Shown here one piece after another: positions 1 to 8,873 of a stretch of 64,000 nt of DNA; within the stretch, counting starts at the first letter, position 1, and every line of letters starts with the position of its first letter. The stretch covers positions 2,336,001 through 2,400,000 of the forward strand of contig OZ244048.1 in assembly GCA_965215265.1 (NCBI GenBank), read 5' to 3'. The translations under genes were made by a program, and so were the position numbers. A model generated the notes under the pieces. The model did no database searches. It was not told where the DNA came from and was given only the letters and a program-made list of their open reading frames with translations. The stretch comes from Candidatus Poribacteria bacterium (GTDB taxonomy: Bacteria > Poribacteria > WGA-4E > WGA-3G).

Positions 1-1
1 A

Positions 2-799
2 CTCACAGACGCAGAAATAGATGCCGAAACGCAACAGCGGTTAGAACTCTTTGAAGGAAACGATGCGGAAAGTTTCTTTTTCTTCGCCGTAGAACTAAAA
101 GAGAAAACCTACTCCCGCGGTGCGTACGCAGAATTGACGCGAGAAATCAATAAGCGTCTGATTGTTCCGACGGTGGTGTTATTTCGTGTGTCAACCCGGC
201 TAACCCTCGGTTTTGTGGGACGCCGTCCACACGAGCACCACCCAGAACGTGATGTTCTCCAACAAGTGACACTCATCAAGGATATTCGTCTTGAGGCACC
301 GCACCGTGCGCATTTAGATATCCTCTCTGAACTTTCACGAACAGAATGCCTGAACTGGATGGACGCAAATAACAGACAGAAAAACTTAGCCGGACTGCTA
401 TCCGCCTGGCTAGCGAAACTCAACACCGAAGCGCTCAATAAGCAGTTCTACCGAAGGTTGTTCAGCTGGTTTGAGTGGGCAGTGAGGGAAGCCAAGTTCC
501 CGACAGCCGAGCTGAATCCGTTGGGTTCCGAAGCACACATCATCCGGCTCATCACGCGGCTGCTCTTTATATGGTTCTTGAAAGAAAAAGGGCTTGTCCC
601 CGAGTGGCTTTTTCAAGATTCCGGGCAGAAAGAGCAGGCGGGCACGCAAAACAACGAGCTGTCTGAAGAATCTGAACAGAATAGGCAGGTAAGCCTGCAA
701 AACAACCAACAGTCTGAATACCCCCCCCTTACAGACGTTAAGTCTTCTGCCGAACTCCACGACAGAAAGCAGCCTGCACGCACACCTCAAAAACTTTGA
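2..799 (+). CDS. Type IIG restriction-modification enzyme, N-terminal part (5'-truncated by window edge; frameshifted relative to the rest)
   Basis: Frame open from base 2 (LTDAEIDAETQQRLELF...); contains IRLITRLLFIWFLKEKGLVP, typical of Eco57I-like Type IIG enzymes; drifts into low-complexity sequence after ~616 and stops at 799. Confidence 0.8.
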   Translation, partial: LTDAEIDAETQQRLELFEGNDAESFFFFAVELKEKTYSRGAYAELTREINKRLIVPTVVLFRVSTRLTLGFVGRRPHEHHPERDVLQQVTLIKDIRLEAPHRAHLDILSELSRTECLNWMDANNRQKNLAGLLSAWLAKLNTEALNKQFYRRLFSWFEWAVREAKFPTAELNPLGSEAHIIRLITRLLFIWFLKEKGLVPEWLFQDSGQKEQAGTQNNELSEESEQNRQVSLQNNQQSEYPPLTDVKSSAELHDRKQPARTPQKL

Positions 800-3683
800 G
801 CCCGACACATCCGACTACTACCAAGCCATCCTCCAAAACCTATTCTTTGCTACTCTCAACACACCTATAAATCAACGCACATTTAGCACACACGATAACC
901 GGAGCCACCGCGACTCAAGCAAATATCGCTATGCTGACCTGCTCCAACAACCCGACACCTTCCTTCAACACCTAAAGCACGTCCCATTTGTCAACGGCGG
1001 ACTGTTTGACTGCCTCGATACCTTTGAGGCAACCGGCGACGGCGGTGTCCGAATAGACTGTTTCTCTGATAACAAAACAGTTCGGCAAAAATTACACGTC
1101 CCCGCAAAACTCTTCTTTGACAAAACACACGGCCTCTTTCCTCTCTTCGCTCACTATAAGTTTACCGTCGAGGAAAACACACCCATTGAACAAGAAGTCG
1201 CGCTCGATCCAGAACTGCTCGGACAGATATTCGAAAACCTGCTCGGCACCTATAACCCCGAAACGCAATCCACCGCACGCAAAGCCACAGGCTCTTACTA
1301 CACACCCCGCCAAATCGTTGAACACATGGTAGACGAGGCACTCAGCACCTATCTCATCCAAAACGTCAAACCCTACGACGGAAACACACAATCCCTTGAG
1401 GAACGCCTCCGCGAAGACCTCCTCGCTTATGAATCCCAAGGCAACATTGATGAAGACGCACATCACCTCATTCATCCAGAGGAAATTCAACCCCTCATTC
1501 AGGCGATAGACGCACTCAAAATCATAGATCCAGCCGTCGGCTCCGGGGCTTTCGCTATGGGCATCCTCAATAAACTCGTGCTCATCCTCCGAAAACTCGA
1601 TCCGCAGAATCAAAACTGGAAGCAGCGACAACTTCAACAAGCTGAAAACATACCAGACCTCCATAGCCGCGAAAGCGCAAAGCAGGCAATAGAGGCAGTC
1701 TTCTCTCAACAAAACCGATACAACGACTACGGACGCAAACTCTACCTCATCCAAAACGGCCTCTACGGCATAGATATCCAACCCATCGCCGTCACCATTG
1801 CCAAACTCCGCTTTTTCATCTCTCTCATCATAGAGCAGATACCCAACCAGAACCCTGACGACAACTACGGCATCAGACCCCTCCCCAACTTGGAGACGAA
1901 GTTCGTCGCCGCAAACACCCTCATCGGCTTGAAGGGGGCAAAAGAAACGGATTTTCAGCGCTTGCTGGAAACAGACACCATCCAACAACTCCGCAACGAC
2001 ATTGAAGTCATCCGCGCCAAACACTTCTCCGGCAGCACCCGTCGGCAAAAACTTGAGGCGATGCGAAAAGAGGAAAAGTGCCGTGAAAAATTGGCACTCG
2101 CGCTAAGAACACAGTCGGAACAGTGGACGGTGCAGGAGCAAAGCCGGATATCCCAACAGATTGCGCAGCTGCCAAAAAAGGAGGCGCGCAACCAACTCCG
2201 GGAAAAACTCGAGAAAGCGTATGCAATTCGTCAGCAAAAGCTAACAGCCAGCGTAGAAGAGGCACAGAAAATCGCAGACTGGAATCCATACAACCAGAAC
2301 GCCGTCGCCGATTTCTTTGAACCCGCATGGATGTTCGGCATCCACCACGGCTTTCACATCGTCATCGGCAATCCACCCTATATCCGACACGAAAAGATTC
2401 GCCACCTCAAGCCTGCCTTGCAAACACACTTCGGCGACTTCTTCGCCAGCACCGCAGACATCAGCGTCTACTTCTACAAACGCGGAGCCGAGTTGCTACG
2501 CCAAGGCGGGTTGCTCACTTACATCTGCACAAACAAGTTTATGCGCAGCGGCTACGGAAAAAAACTACGCCAATTCCTAACCGCTGAGATGGCACTAAAA
2601 ACAATTTTGGACTTCGGCAGCCTCGCCGTCTTTGACGCAGCAGTGGACACTTGTATTGCGCTTGTGCAAAAGTGCATCCCCGCCACAAACCATACCCTTC
2701 GCGTCGCAACCCTAAGGCATGTTTCAGAGGAATTTAACGTCCGGGAGGCATTTCAAACGCAGGCATTCCCGATGCAGCTCGCCCACTTATCTTCAGAAGA
2801 ATGGACGTTAGCACGCACAGAAACACTCGCCCTACTACAGAAATTGCAACACACGGGAACATCATTCAGCGAATCAATACAAGGCAAATTCTATTTTGGT
2901 ATCAAGACAGGGTGCAATGACGCTTTTATCATAGATGAAGCCATCTGTCAGCAGCTAATAGCAGAGGATGCCAAAAGCGCACAACTCATAAAACCTTTAC
3001 TTCGTGGACGGAATCTCAAAAAATGGAAAGCGGTATCAGCAAACGAGCACTTGATAGCAATAGCCAGCAGTGCCAATAAGCAGTGGCCCTGGTCAAACGC
3101 AGAAAGCGAATCAGAGGCTGAACAGATTTTTGAAAAAACCTATCCAGCAATCCATCGCCATCTAATACGCTATAAAGAGCGGCTTTTACCCCGTGATGAT
3201 CAGGGGAAATTCTATTGGGAGTTGCGTTCGTGCGCCTATTACGACGCGTTCGAAAAGCCAAAGATTATCTATCCAGATATTAGCTCATCTATGCGTGCGT
3301 GTTATGATACCACCAAGGTCTTCGGAGAAGCAACAACATTTTGCATACCTGCTACTGACTTCTCTTTGCTTGCAATTTTAAACAGCCAACTTTTTGATTG
3401 GTATGCGCGCTACAAATTTCAAACCCTTAACAACCCATGGGCAGGAGGTGGATTACGGTTAAAGAAAATATACATGCAACACGTCCCGATAGCCAATGGA
3501 ACAGAAGCACAGAAAGCCGCACTCTCACGCCTCGTCGCACAGCTCTTGGCAGAACCCAACGGCGATGCCGTGAACGCACTTGAGAAAGAGATAGATACCT
3601 TAGTCTATCAGTTATATGAGTTAACGCCGCAAGAAATTCAACTCATAGAACAGACGTATCGCGACGCAGGAATGACAGTATGA
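693..3683 (+). CDS. Type IIG RM enzyme, N6-adenine methyltransferase + TaqI-C-like target recognition domain (continuation in another frame)
   Basis: Frame open from 693 (TAA at 690-692). Reads YYQAILQNLFFATLN, VPFVNGGLF, DPELLGQIFENLL, GSYYTP, DPAVGSGAF (motif I) and GNPPY (motif IV). No ATG/GTG/TTG start before 1326, so it is the 3' part of the gene at 2..799. Confidence 0.85.
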   Translation, partial: ACKTTNSLNTPPLQTLSLLPNSTTESSLHAHLKNFEPDTSDYYQAILQNLFFATLNTPINQRTFSTHDNRSHRDSSKYRYADLLQQPDTFLQHLKHVPFVNGGLFDCLDTFEATGDGGVRIDCFSDNKTVRQKLHVPAKLFFDKTHGLFPLFAHYKFTVEENTPIEQEVALDPELLGQIFENLLGTYNPETQSTARKATGSYYTPRQIVEHMVDEALSTYLIQNVKPYDGNTQSLEERLREDLLAYESQGNIDEDAHHLIHPEEIQPLIQAIDALKIIDPAVGSGAFAMGILNKLVLILRKLDPQNQNWKQRQLQQAENIPDLHSRESAKQAIEAVFSQQNRYNDYGRKLYLIQNGLYGIDIQPIAVTIAKLRFFISLIIEQIPNQNPDDNYGIRPLPNLETKFVAANTLIGLKGAKETDFQRLLETDTIQQLRNDIEVIRAKHFSGSTRRQKLEAMRKEEKCREKLALALRTQSEQWTVQEQSRISQQIAQLPKKEARNQLREKLEKAYAIRQQKLTASVEEAQKIADWNPYNQNAVADFFEPAWMFGIHHGFHIVIGNPPYIRHEKIRHLKPALQTHFGDFFASTADISVYFYKRGAELLRQGGLLTYICTNKFMRSGYGKKLRQFLTAEMALKTILDFGSLAVFDAAVDTCIALVQKCIPATNHTLRVATLRHVSEEFNVREAFQTQAFPMQLAHLSSEEWTLARTETLALLQKLQHTGTSFSESIQGKFYFGIKTGCNDAFIIDEAICQQLIAEDAKSAQLIKPLLRGRNLKKWKAVSANEHLIAIASSANKQWPWSNAESESEAEQIFEKTYPAIHRHLIRYKERLLPRDDQGKFYWELRSCAYYDAFEKPKIIYPDISSSMRACYDTTKVFGEATTFCIPATDFSLLAILNSQLFDWYARYKFQTLNNPWAGGGLRLKKIYMQHVPIANGTEAQKAALSRLVAQLLAEPNGDAVNALEKEIDTLVYQLYELTPQEIQLIEQTYRDAGMTV

Positions 3684-4095
3684 AGCACCACGCTCTATAT
3701 TATAGCAACCCACCAGAATTGCGGTTTGGAGCCAAACATCTGAAGTTGCGATATGAGCCGTTTTCACGAAAAAAAGGCTTTTGTATTGTCTGAACGCAGT
3801 CGGCGTCTACGCTCACGAAAACCTCTCGTGAAACTTTTCGTGAATTGGAGACTTTGGAATCAAATGTCGCCTCTTTCAGCACAGCAACCCCTGATGTTTT
3901 GAGCTGTCGTATCTCTCCATACCATAAAGGTTATCTTTTGCTAATACCCGATTATGATTCAATACATCGAATGGCTCTGGCGAGGTTTGTAAAGCACTAA
4001 ACATAACAACTGCCTTTATTGGACGAAAAGAGACGAAAACCTTTCACGACAAACCTTCAAAAAAAAGGGGAGTAAGTGACATCTTACAAAAACGT

Positions 4096-4124
4096 TTGAC
4101 TTTTGGATGAGAATATGTTATAAT
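4096..4124 (+). promoter_or_regulatory. sigma70-type promoter
   Basis: TTGACT-17 nt-TATAAT upstream of the 4290 gene. Confidence 0.65.
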
Positions 4125-4289
4125 ATTTATCGTAGCATTATAATGTTTAGACAGAATATCGGGCTGTTTCTGTTCTCGCAACTATTTACCTGCCCTGAAT
4201 CACAGAGTAAGGTACGTTACCTGAATATCCGATCTTCTGTGATAGTACTATGTGAACGGCAACAAGAAAGTTGTACAGGAGAAATCACA

Positions 4290-5051
4290 ATGAGAAAAGC
4301 GTATTGGATTTGCGTGATTTTGCTGACGCTGAGCATGCCAATTTCAGCGTTTGCACAAGGTGCCCAAGCAGACAATCTGCTCGGCTGGTGGCTATTTGAT
4401 AGCCCAAAAGACGAAATGGGAAATTGGGATGATATAGATCTGCATGGGGCAAAACTGGACGGTGGACAATTAGTTGTCGAAACGACTAAATGGGCACATG
4501 CGCTTAATTATACGGGCCCTGACATTGAAGAGAAGACCTTAATGTCTTGGGTGAGTTTGGATGATCTTGCAGCGACGGAAGGTTCTGCCTTAACGCTTGA
4601 TAAAGAGAGCGAAGATCAGTTTAATGGACTCGTCTATGCAGAACGTCAACCCAATCAGTGGATGTCCGGTAGTAGTTGGTTTCACCGTACCGAAGATTTT
4701 CCAGATGCAGTTAACGAGAAGAACGAGGGTGAAATGATTTTTTTAGCTGTCACGTATAAGAATGACAAAGGCAGCTACAAGATTACCGGGTACCGTAACG
4801 GTGAAAGCCTTGGCAGTTACACGAAGGGTGAGCTCAAAACCTGGCCGACAGGTGATGCAGAAGCGATTTGGGGCAAACGTCATACGAATGGACTTGCCGG
4901 ACCAGGAGACCTTAACGCGCATATAGAAGAATCTCGAATTTACGCAGTTGCATTAACGCAAGACGAGATTCAGAGCCTGGAGATAGGGACACTTACGGTT
5001 GAACCACAAGGCAAGTTGGCTACGCAATGGGCATCGCTAAAAGCGAAGTAA
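4290..5051 (+). CDS. Secreted LamG/concanavalin-like domain protein with C-terminal KLATQWASLK tail
   Basis: SD GGAG before ATG 4290; signal peptide; IEESRIYAVALTQDEI matches the LamG end motif. Confidence 0.75.
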   Translation: MRKAYWICVILLTLSMPISAFAQGAQADNLLGWWLFDSPKDEMGNWDDIDLHGAKLDGGQLVVETTKWAHALNYTGPDIEEKTLMSWVSLDDLAATEGSALTLDKESEDQFNGLVYAERQPNQWMSGSSWFHRTEDFPDAVNEKNEGEMIFLAVTYKNDKGSYKITGYRNGESLGSYTKGELKTWPTGDAEAIWGKRHTNGLAGPGDLNAHIEESRIYAVALTQDEIQSLEIGTLTVEPQGKLATQWASLKAK

Positions 5052-5059
5052 CGTGCGAA

Positions 5060-5110
5060 AATAGGTTCAAAAACCGATTGTTCCACGGATAACCGTTTTT
5101 TGAACCTATT
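5060..5110 (+). terminator. Long inverted repeat, probable terminator
   Basis: AATAGGTTCAAAAA...TTTTTGAACCTATT just after the stop codon. Confidence 0.55.
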
Positions 5111-5188
5111 CTCGTTCTTACATCTTCATGATTCTGATATCTTAGAGACTTTCATCATAAACGGCCTTATCCTTCTCTATCTACAACA

Positions 5189-5857
5189 ATGAAAAAGTTG
5201 TTTCTTATTGCCTTGATTTACCTCTGCCTCACCATAAACGGTGTCGCTGAAGAATACCGCTGGGCATTTGACGATGATGCCAGTGATTGGAAGGCGGCGA
5301 ACGGTACCTGGGAAGTGCAGGACGGTGCCTATAAACAGACAACCCGTTGGGGCAAAGCGATGCATGCGTTAGTTGATAGCATGGAATGGAGCGATCATGT
5401 TCTTGAGGCGAAGGTGCGACTTGAAGCAGGGCATTGGGCTGGTATTGTTTTTCGGGCACGGAATGAGTTTGAATATTATGTCTACCTTTTGTGCCCGAAG
5501 GAAAATAAGTCAGAGTTGTGGCGGCATCGGCGTAGTACTGCTTTTCAGGACGGTTTTGAGGGGCGTGACGAAATTGAACACAATATTCCGCCTATCGGGC
5601 TGACAATTACCCGTCATGAATGGTTTAAGCTGAGCGTTGCGGTTGAAGGCGACAGAATAGCGGTAGCGATTAATGACATCCAACAAGGCGTCTTCAAAGA
5701 TGGCACCTACGCAACAGGCACGGTTGGAGTTTGGACATGGGATACGCAAGCCAGTTTTGATGATGTCACGCTGACCGACAACGTCGCACCGGTCACGTCT
5801 GTCCAACCGCGAGCGAAATTGGCCACCACCTGGGCAAGTTTAAAGAAGAAAAAGTGA
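5189..5857 (+). CDS. Secreted DUF1080/3-keto-disaccharide-hydrolase-like beta-sandwich protein with KLATTWASLK tail
   Basis: Signal peptide; W..L.V.V.G..I...IN, GTVGVW and FDDV pattern. Confidence 0.7.
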   Translation: MKKLFLIALIYLCLTINGVAEEYRWAFDDDASDWKAANGTWEVQDGAYKQTTRWGKAMHALVDSMEWSDHVLEAKVRLEAGHWAGIVFRARNEFEYYVYLLCPKENKSELWRHRRSTAFQDGFEGRDEIEHNIPPIGLTITRHEWFKLSVAVEGDRIAVAINDIQQGVFKDGTYATGTVGVWTWDTQASFDDVTLTDNVAPVTSVQPRAKLATTWASLKKKK

Positions 5858-5994
5858 ACTATATTTTGATTTTTCAACGGTGCTTTAGATTCGGAATACG
5901 ATGTTAGCTGGCCAAGGTGTCTCTGACATGGACGGAGATGTGAAGTTCGTACGAGAGTCACGCTATTTGAGCCACAGAGAAAAAAGGGGTTTTT

Positions 5995-6462
5995 ATGTTA
6001 GAAGTAGGAAGCGCTGCACCTGATTTCACCTTAAATGGGGCAGTGAATCAAGAAGATACCGAAGTTTCGTTAAATGACTATGCAGGCAAAAATCTAGTTG
6101 TCCTTTTTTATCCGCTCGCGTTTTCACCAGTGTGTGCGGAACAAGTTCCAGATTTTAATGAGCATCTCACTGCAATTGAGGCGAAAGGTGCGTCGGTTAT
6201 AGCTATCAACCGTGATTCAACTTTTGCGCACAAGGCGTGGAGCGAGGCATTGGGTGGCATTAATTTCCCGCTTCTTGCGGATATGAACCTTGCTGTATCG
6301 AAGCAGTTCGGTATGGCACTGGAGGAAGTAGGGATAACCACACGCGGGGTTTTTATCATTGACGGAGACGGCAAGATAGCCTTTAAACACGTGGAAGAGG
6401 CACCGCCGGACAATACATTGGCAGCAGAACAGATTTTGAACGAGCTGGATAAGCTGCAATAA
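5995..6462 (+). CDS. Peroxiredoxin (AhpC/TSA, AhpE-like)
   Basis: APDFTL; FYPLAFSPVC peroxidatic motif; RGVFIID. Confidence 0.9.
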   Translation: MLEVGSAAPDFTLNGAVNQEDTEVSLNDYAGKNLVVLFYPLAFSPVCAEQVPDFNEHLTAIEAKGASVIAINRDSTFAHKAWSEALGGINFPLLADMNLAVSKQFGMALEEVGITTRGVFIIDGDGKIAFKHVEEAPPDNTLAAEQILNELDKLQ

Positions 6463-6569
6463 AACCAGATTTTTAACGACATAGGGCGGATATAGCTTCA
6501 CGGATGCATACCCGCCCTTGTAATTTAAAGTTGAAAACGACTATAGTCGTACCGTATAATATCATAAAT

Positions 6570-6641
6570 GCGGGTGTAGCTCAGCGGTAGAGCGTCAGCT
6601 TCCCAAGCTGAGGGTCGCGGGTTCAATTCCCGTCACCCGCT
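6570..6641 (+). tRNA. tRNA-Gly(CCC)
   Basis: GCGGGTG acceptor stem; anticodon arm TCAGC-TTCCCAA-GCTGA; GGTTCAATTCC T-loop. Confidence 0.95.
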
Positions 6642-6743
6642 TGTCTTTAAAATTCAATGCGAAGATGCTTCTGACGTGTTTGACAATCCGACATGTACAG
6701 GCGAGCGTTGCTATTTCAAGTTAGAAACAATAAGAGGAAAACC

Positions 6744-7862
6744 ATGGCAAAAAGCAATCGGTTGAGTAAAGAGGAAATTAAAGAAGATAAGTTTGTTGAT
6801 TTCGTGCTGCAAACGTACGAATTCATAAAAGACAATCTCAGAATCATCCTAATCGTTTGCGGCATCGTTGTGGTTGCTGTAGCGAGTTATGCAGCGTACC
6901 ATCAAAATCGTGAGAATCGTCGAGCAGAAGCTGCCTTTGCCCTGAACAAAGCGAACGAAGCGTATCAAACGGCTGAAGCGACCCTTTTCGATACCGCGAA
7001 ATTGCAAGAAAGTGAAGAAGCGATTAAGACTGCCCAGACCCAGCTTCAGGCAATTTTTCAGCAAAACCCGAATACCACTTTCGCTGACAATGCCCGGTAT
7101 CAGCATGCGAAGACCCTCTATTACCAGGGCAATTACGTTGAAGCCCGTACACAATTCGAGCAAATTATTAACACACATCAACCTCAAAACCAGATTTATA
7201 GTCTCTATGCCCAGAAGGCAATAGGGAATTGCTATGAACAAGAGGGAGACTATGAAAAAGCTATCACGGCATATCAGGCAGCGAGATTCTCGCCTACTCC
7301 GAATCTCCCTCCTGAGATTCGCCAATTTGTGCTTGCCAATGCAACATTCCACCAAGCGCTCTGCTATGAGAAATTAGGGAATACGGAAATGGCGCAAGCT
7401 TCATATAAAGAAATTTTAGAGCAGTTCCGCACCACGCTCGCAGGTGGACTTGAGCAAAAAAGTGCGGAGATGCTTCAGGACGCTAAAAGAGTTGTCGATG
7501 CTATTAACGAACCCCTGGAATTGGGAACTGCGGAACAATTTGAAAGCGAAGGACGTTACTATGATGCTTTTGTGGCGTATACGGATGAGATTCGCACCTA
7601 TAAAGTGAAACAAGACGTTCAGGGCGGGCTGGCCTCCGATTTGCGAAAGCAGATTCGCGATTTTGAAAAACATGCAACGACAATTATAAAAAACGTTGAG
7701 GCTGCTCGGCGTGCAGATGCTGCCGGCAGAACAAGCACAGCCCTCAATAATTATAATGCCGTAGTTGAATTTGCACATCTCGGGCTCAGTCGTCACCTTT
7801 ATGAGAATTCTCTGCTTAACCACAATAGACTCACAACCGCCACAACCGGCAAAAGCGAGTAG
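6744..7862 (+). CDS. Membrane-anchored TPR protein (YfgM-like)
   Basis: SD GAGG; single N-terminal TM helix; TPR-like repeats. Confidence 0.75.
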   Translation: MAKSNRLSKEEIKEDKFVDFVLQTYEFIKDNLRIILIVCGIVVVAVASYAAYHQNRENRRAEAAFALNKANEAYQTAEATLFDTAKLQESEEAIKTAQTQLQAIFQQNPNTTFADNARYQHAKTLYYQGNYVEARTQFEQIINTHQPQNQIYSLYAQKAIGNCYEQEGDYEKAITAYQAARFSPTPNLPPEIRQFVLANATFHQALCYEKLGNTEMAQASYKEILEQFRTTLAGGLEQKSAEMLQDAKRVVDAINEPLELGTAEQFESEGRYYDAFVAYTDEIRTYKVKQDVQGGLASDLRKQIRDFEKHATTIIKNVEAARRADAAGRTSTALNNYNAVVEFAHLGLSRHLYENSLLNHNRLTTATTGKSE

Positions 7863-7867
7863 ACACG

Positions 7868-8869
7868 ATGAAATTTATCAAAAACCGTCACCTTTTCGTT
7901 GCGATGTTCTGTTTGATCCTCGGCCAGTGTTGGATGGTCCTGTTTGTGCAAGCGCAGCCGATTGGACATCTTACGTATGCTGTCAATGGCTTTGACGAAA
8001 ATCAGGGGCGTTTTGACTGGAACCTTTACACCACAGCACTGCGCGGTACAAAAGATTTTAGAGCAGTTCCGTTGAATCATAAAGGGATGTACCCATCCTG
8101 GGGCATGGATGGGGAAGTGCTCTATTTTGTCCAATGGGATGCCGGACATGCGGATATTTATTCAATTAGACCGGATAACCCCAAAAATAAAACACGAGTT
8201 ACCCAAATTTCTGGTACCTACCGATTCCTCGCCGTTTCACCTAACGGCCGGCAAATTGCTTTCAGTGGCTGGACAATAGAGCAGGTGCCTCAAGAAAATC
8301 AGATCTGGTTGCTAGATATTGCCAGTGGGGAGATGGAGCCTGTGACAGAGGTTCCGCATTTCGGATGGCCCTATTCCTTCTGGGGGATTTCTTGGTCGCC
8401 CACCGGCAAAAAACTGGTGTTCTCTCTTTCGAGACCCGGTTGGCTTGAACAACTCTATCTCTTAGATATTGAAACAAAAGAGGTAGAAATTCTGACCGAA
8501 TTTAACAAGGACTTTTATCCGGTATGGGGACCTGATGGAAAACGCATCCTCTTTCTGAGATGGAACAGAGAATTCGACACGTTCTACACCGTTGATGTTG
8601 AAACGAAAGCCCTGGAACCGCTCTTTGATGTGGATAAAGCAACAGGCTATTGGAGCGACTGGTCTCCGGATGGGCAGTACATAGTCTATTCAAGATGGGG
8701 AACGATATACATATTTGATATGGCAACAGATGAAACAGAGGAGCTCGTGGAGGTGGACGGTAGTATATTTGTGATAGCGTGGCTGCGAGAAGGTATCTTA
8801 CCTGTAAAGCCGCGTGAAAAATTAGTGACGATGTGGAGTCAAATCAAAGCCACAAGCTTGCAGCGTTAA
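7868..8869 (+). CDS. Secreted TolB-like/PD40 beta-propeller protein with KLVTMWSQIK tail
   Basis: Repeated WSPTG/WGPDG/WSPDG motifs; signal peptide. Confidence 0.8.
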   Translation: MKFIKNRHLFVAMFCLILGQCWMVLFVQAQPIGHLTYAVNGFDENQGRFDWNLYTTALRGTKDFRAVPLNHKGMYPSWGMDGEVLYFVQWDAGHADIYSIRPDNPKNKTRVTQISGTYRFLAVSPNGRQIAFSGWTIEQVPQENQIWLLDIASGEMEPVTEVPHFGWPYSFWGISWSPTGKKLVFSLSRPGWLEQLYLLDIETKEVEILTEFNKDFYPVWGPDGKRILFLRWNREFDTFYTVDVETKALEPLFDVDKATGYWSDWSPDGQYIVYSRWGTIYIFDMATDETEELVEVDGSIFVIAWLREGILPVKPREKLVTMWSQIKATSLQR

Positions 8870-8873
8870 TCTC

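Noticed and set aside
1092-2048. 318-aa minus-strand ORF
   Set aside because: Antisense shadow of the RM gene; the strong C/A codon bias removes stop codons on the opposite strand.
4190-4250. Structured leader starting CTGAATC resembling a ydaO/c-di-AMP riboswitch
   Set aside because: It lacks the conserved GGGGA/GGAGGA and downstream elements; only a generic ATCACAGA/TCTGTGAT pairing is visible.
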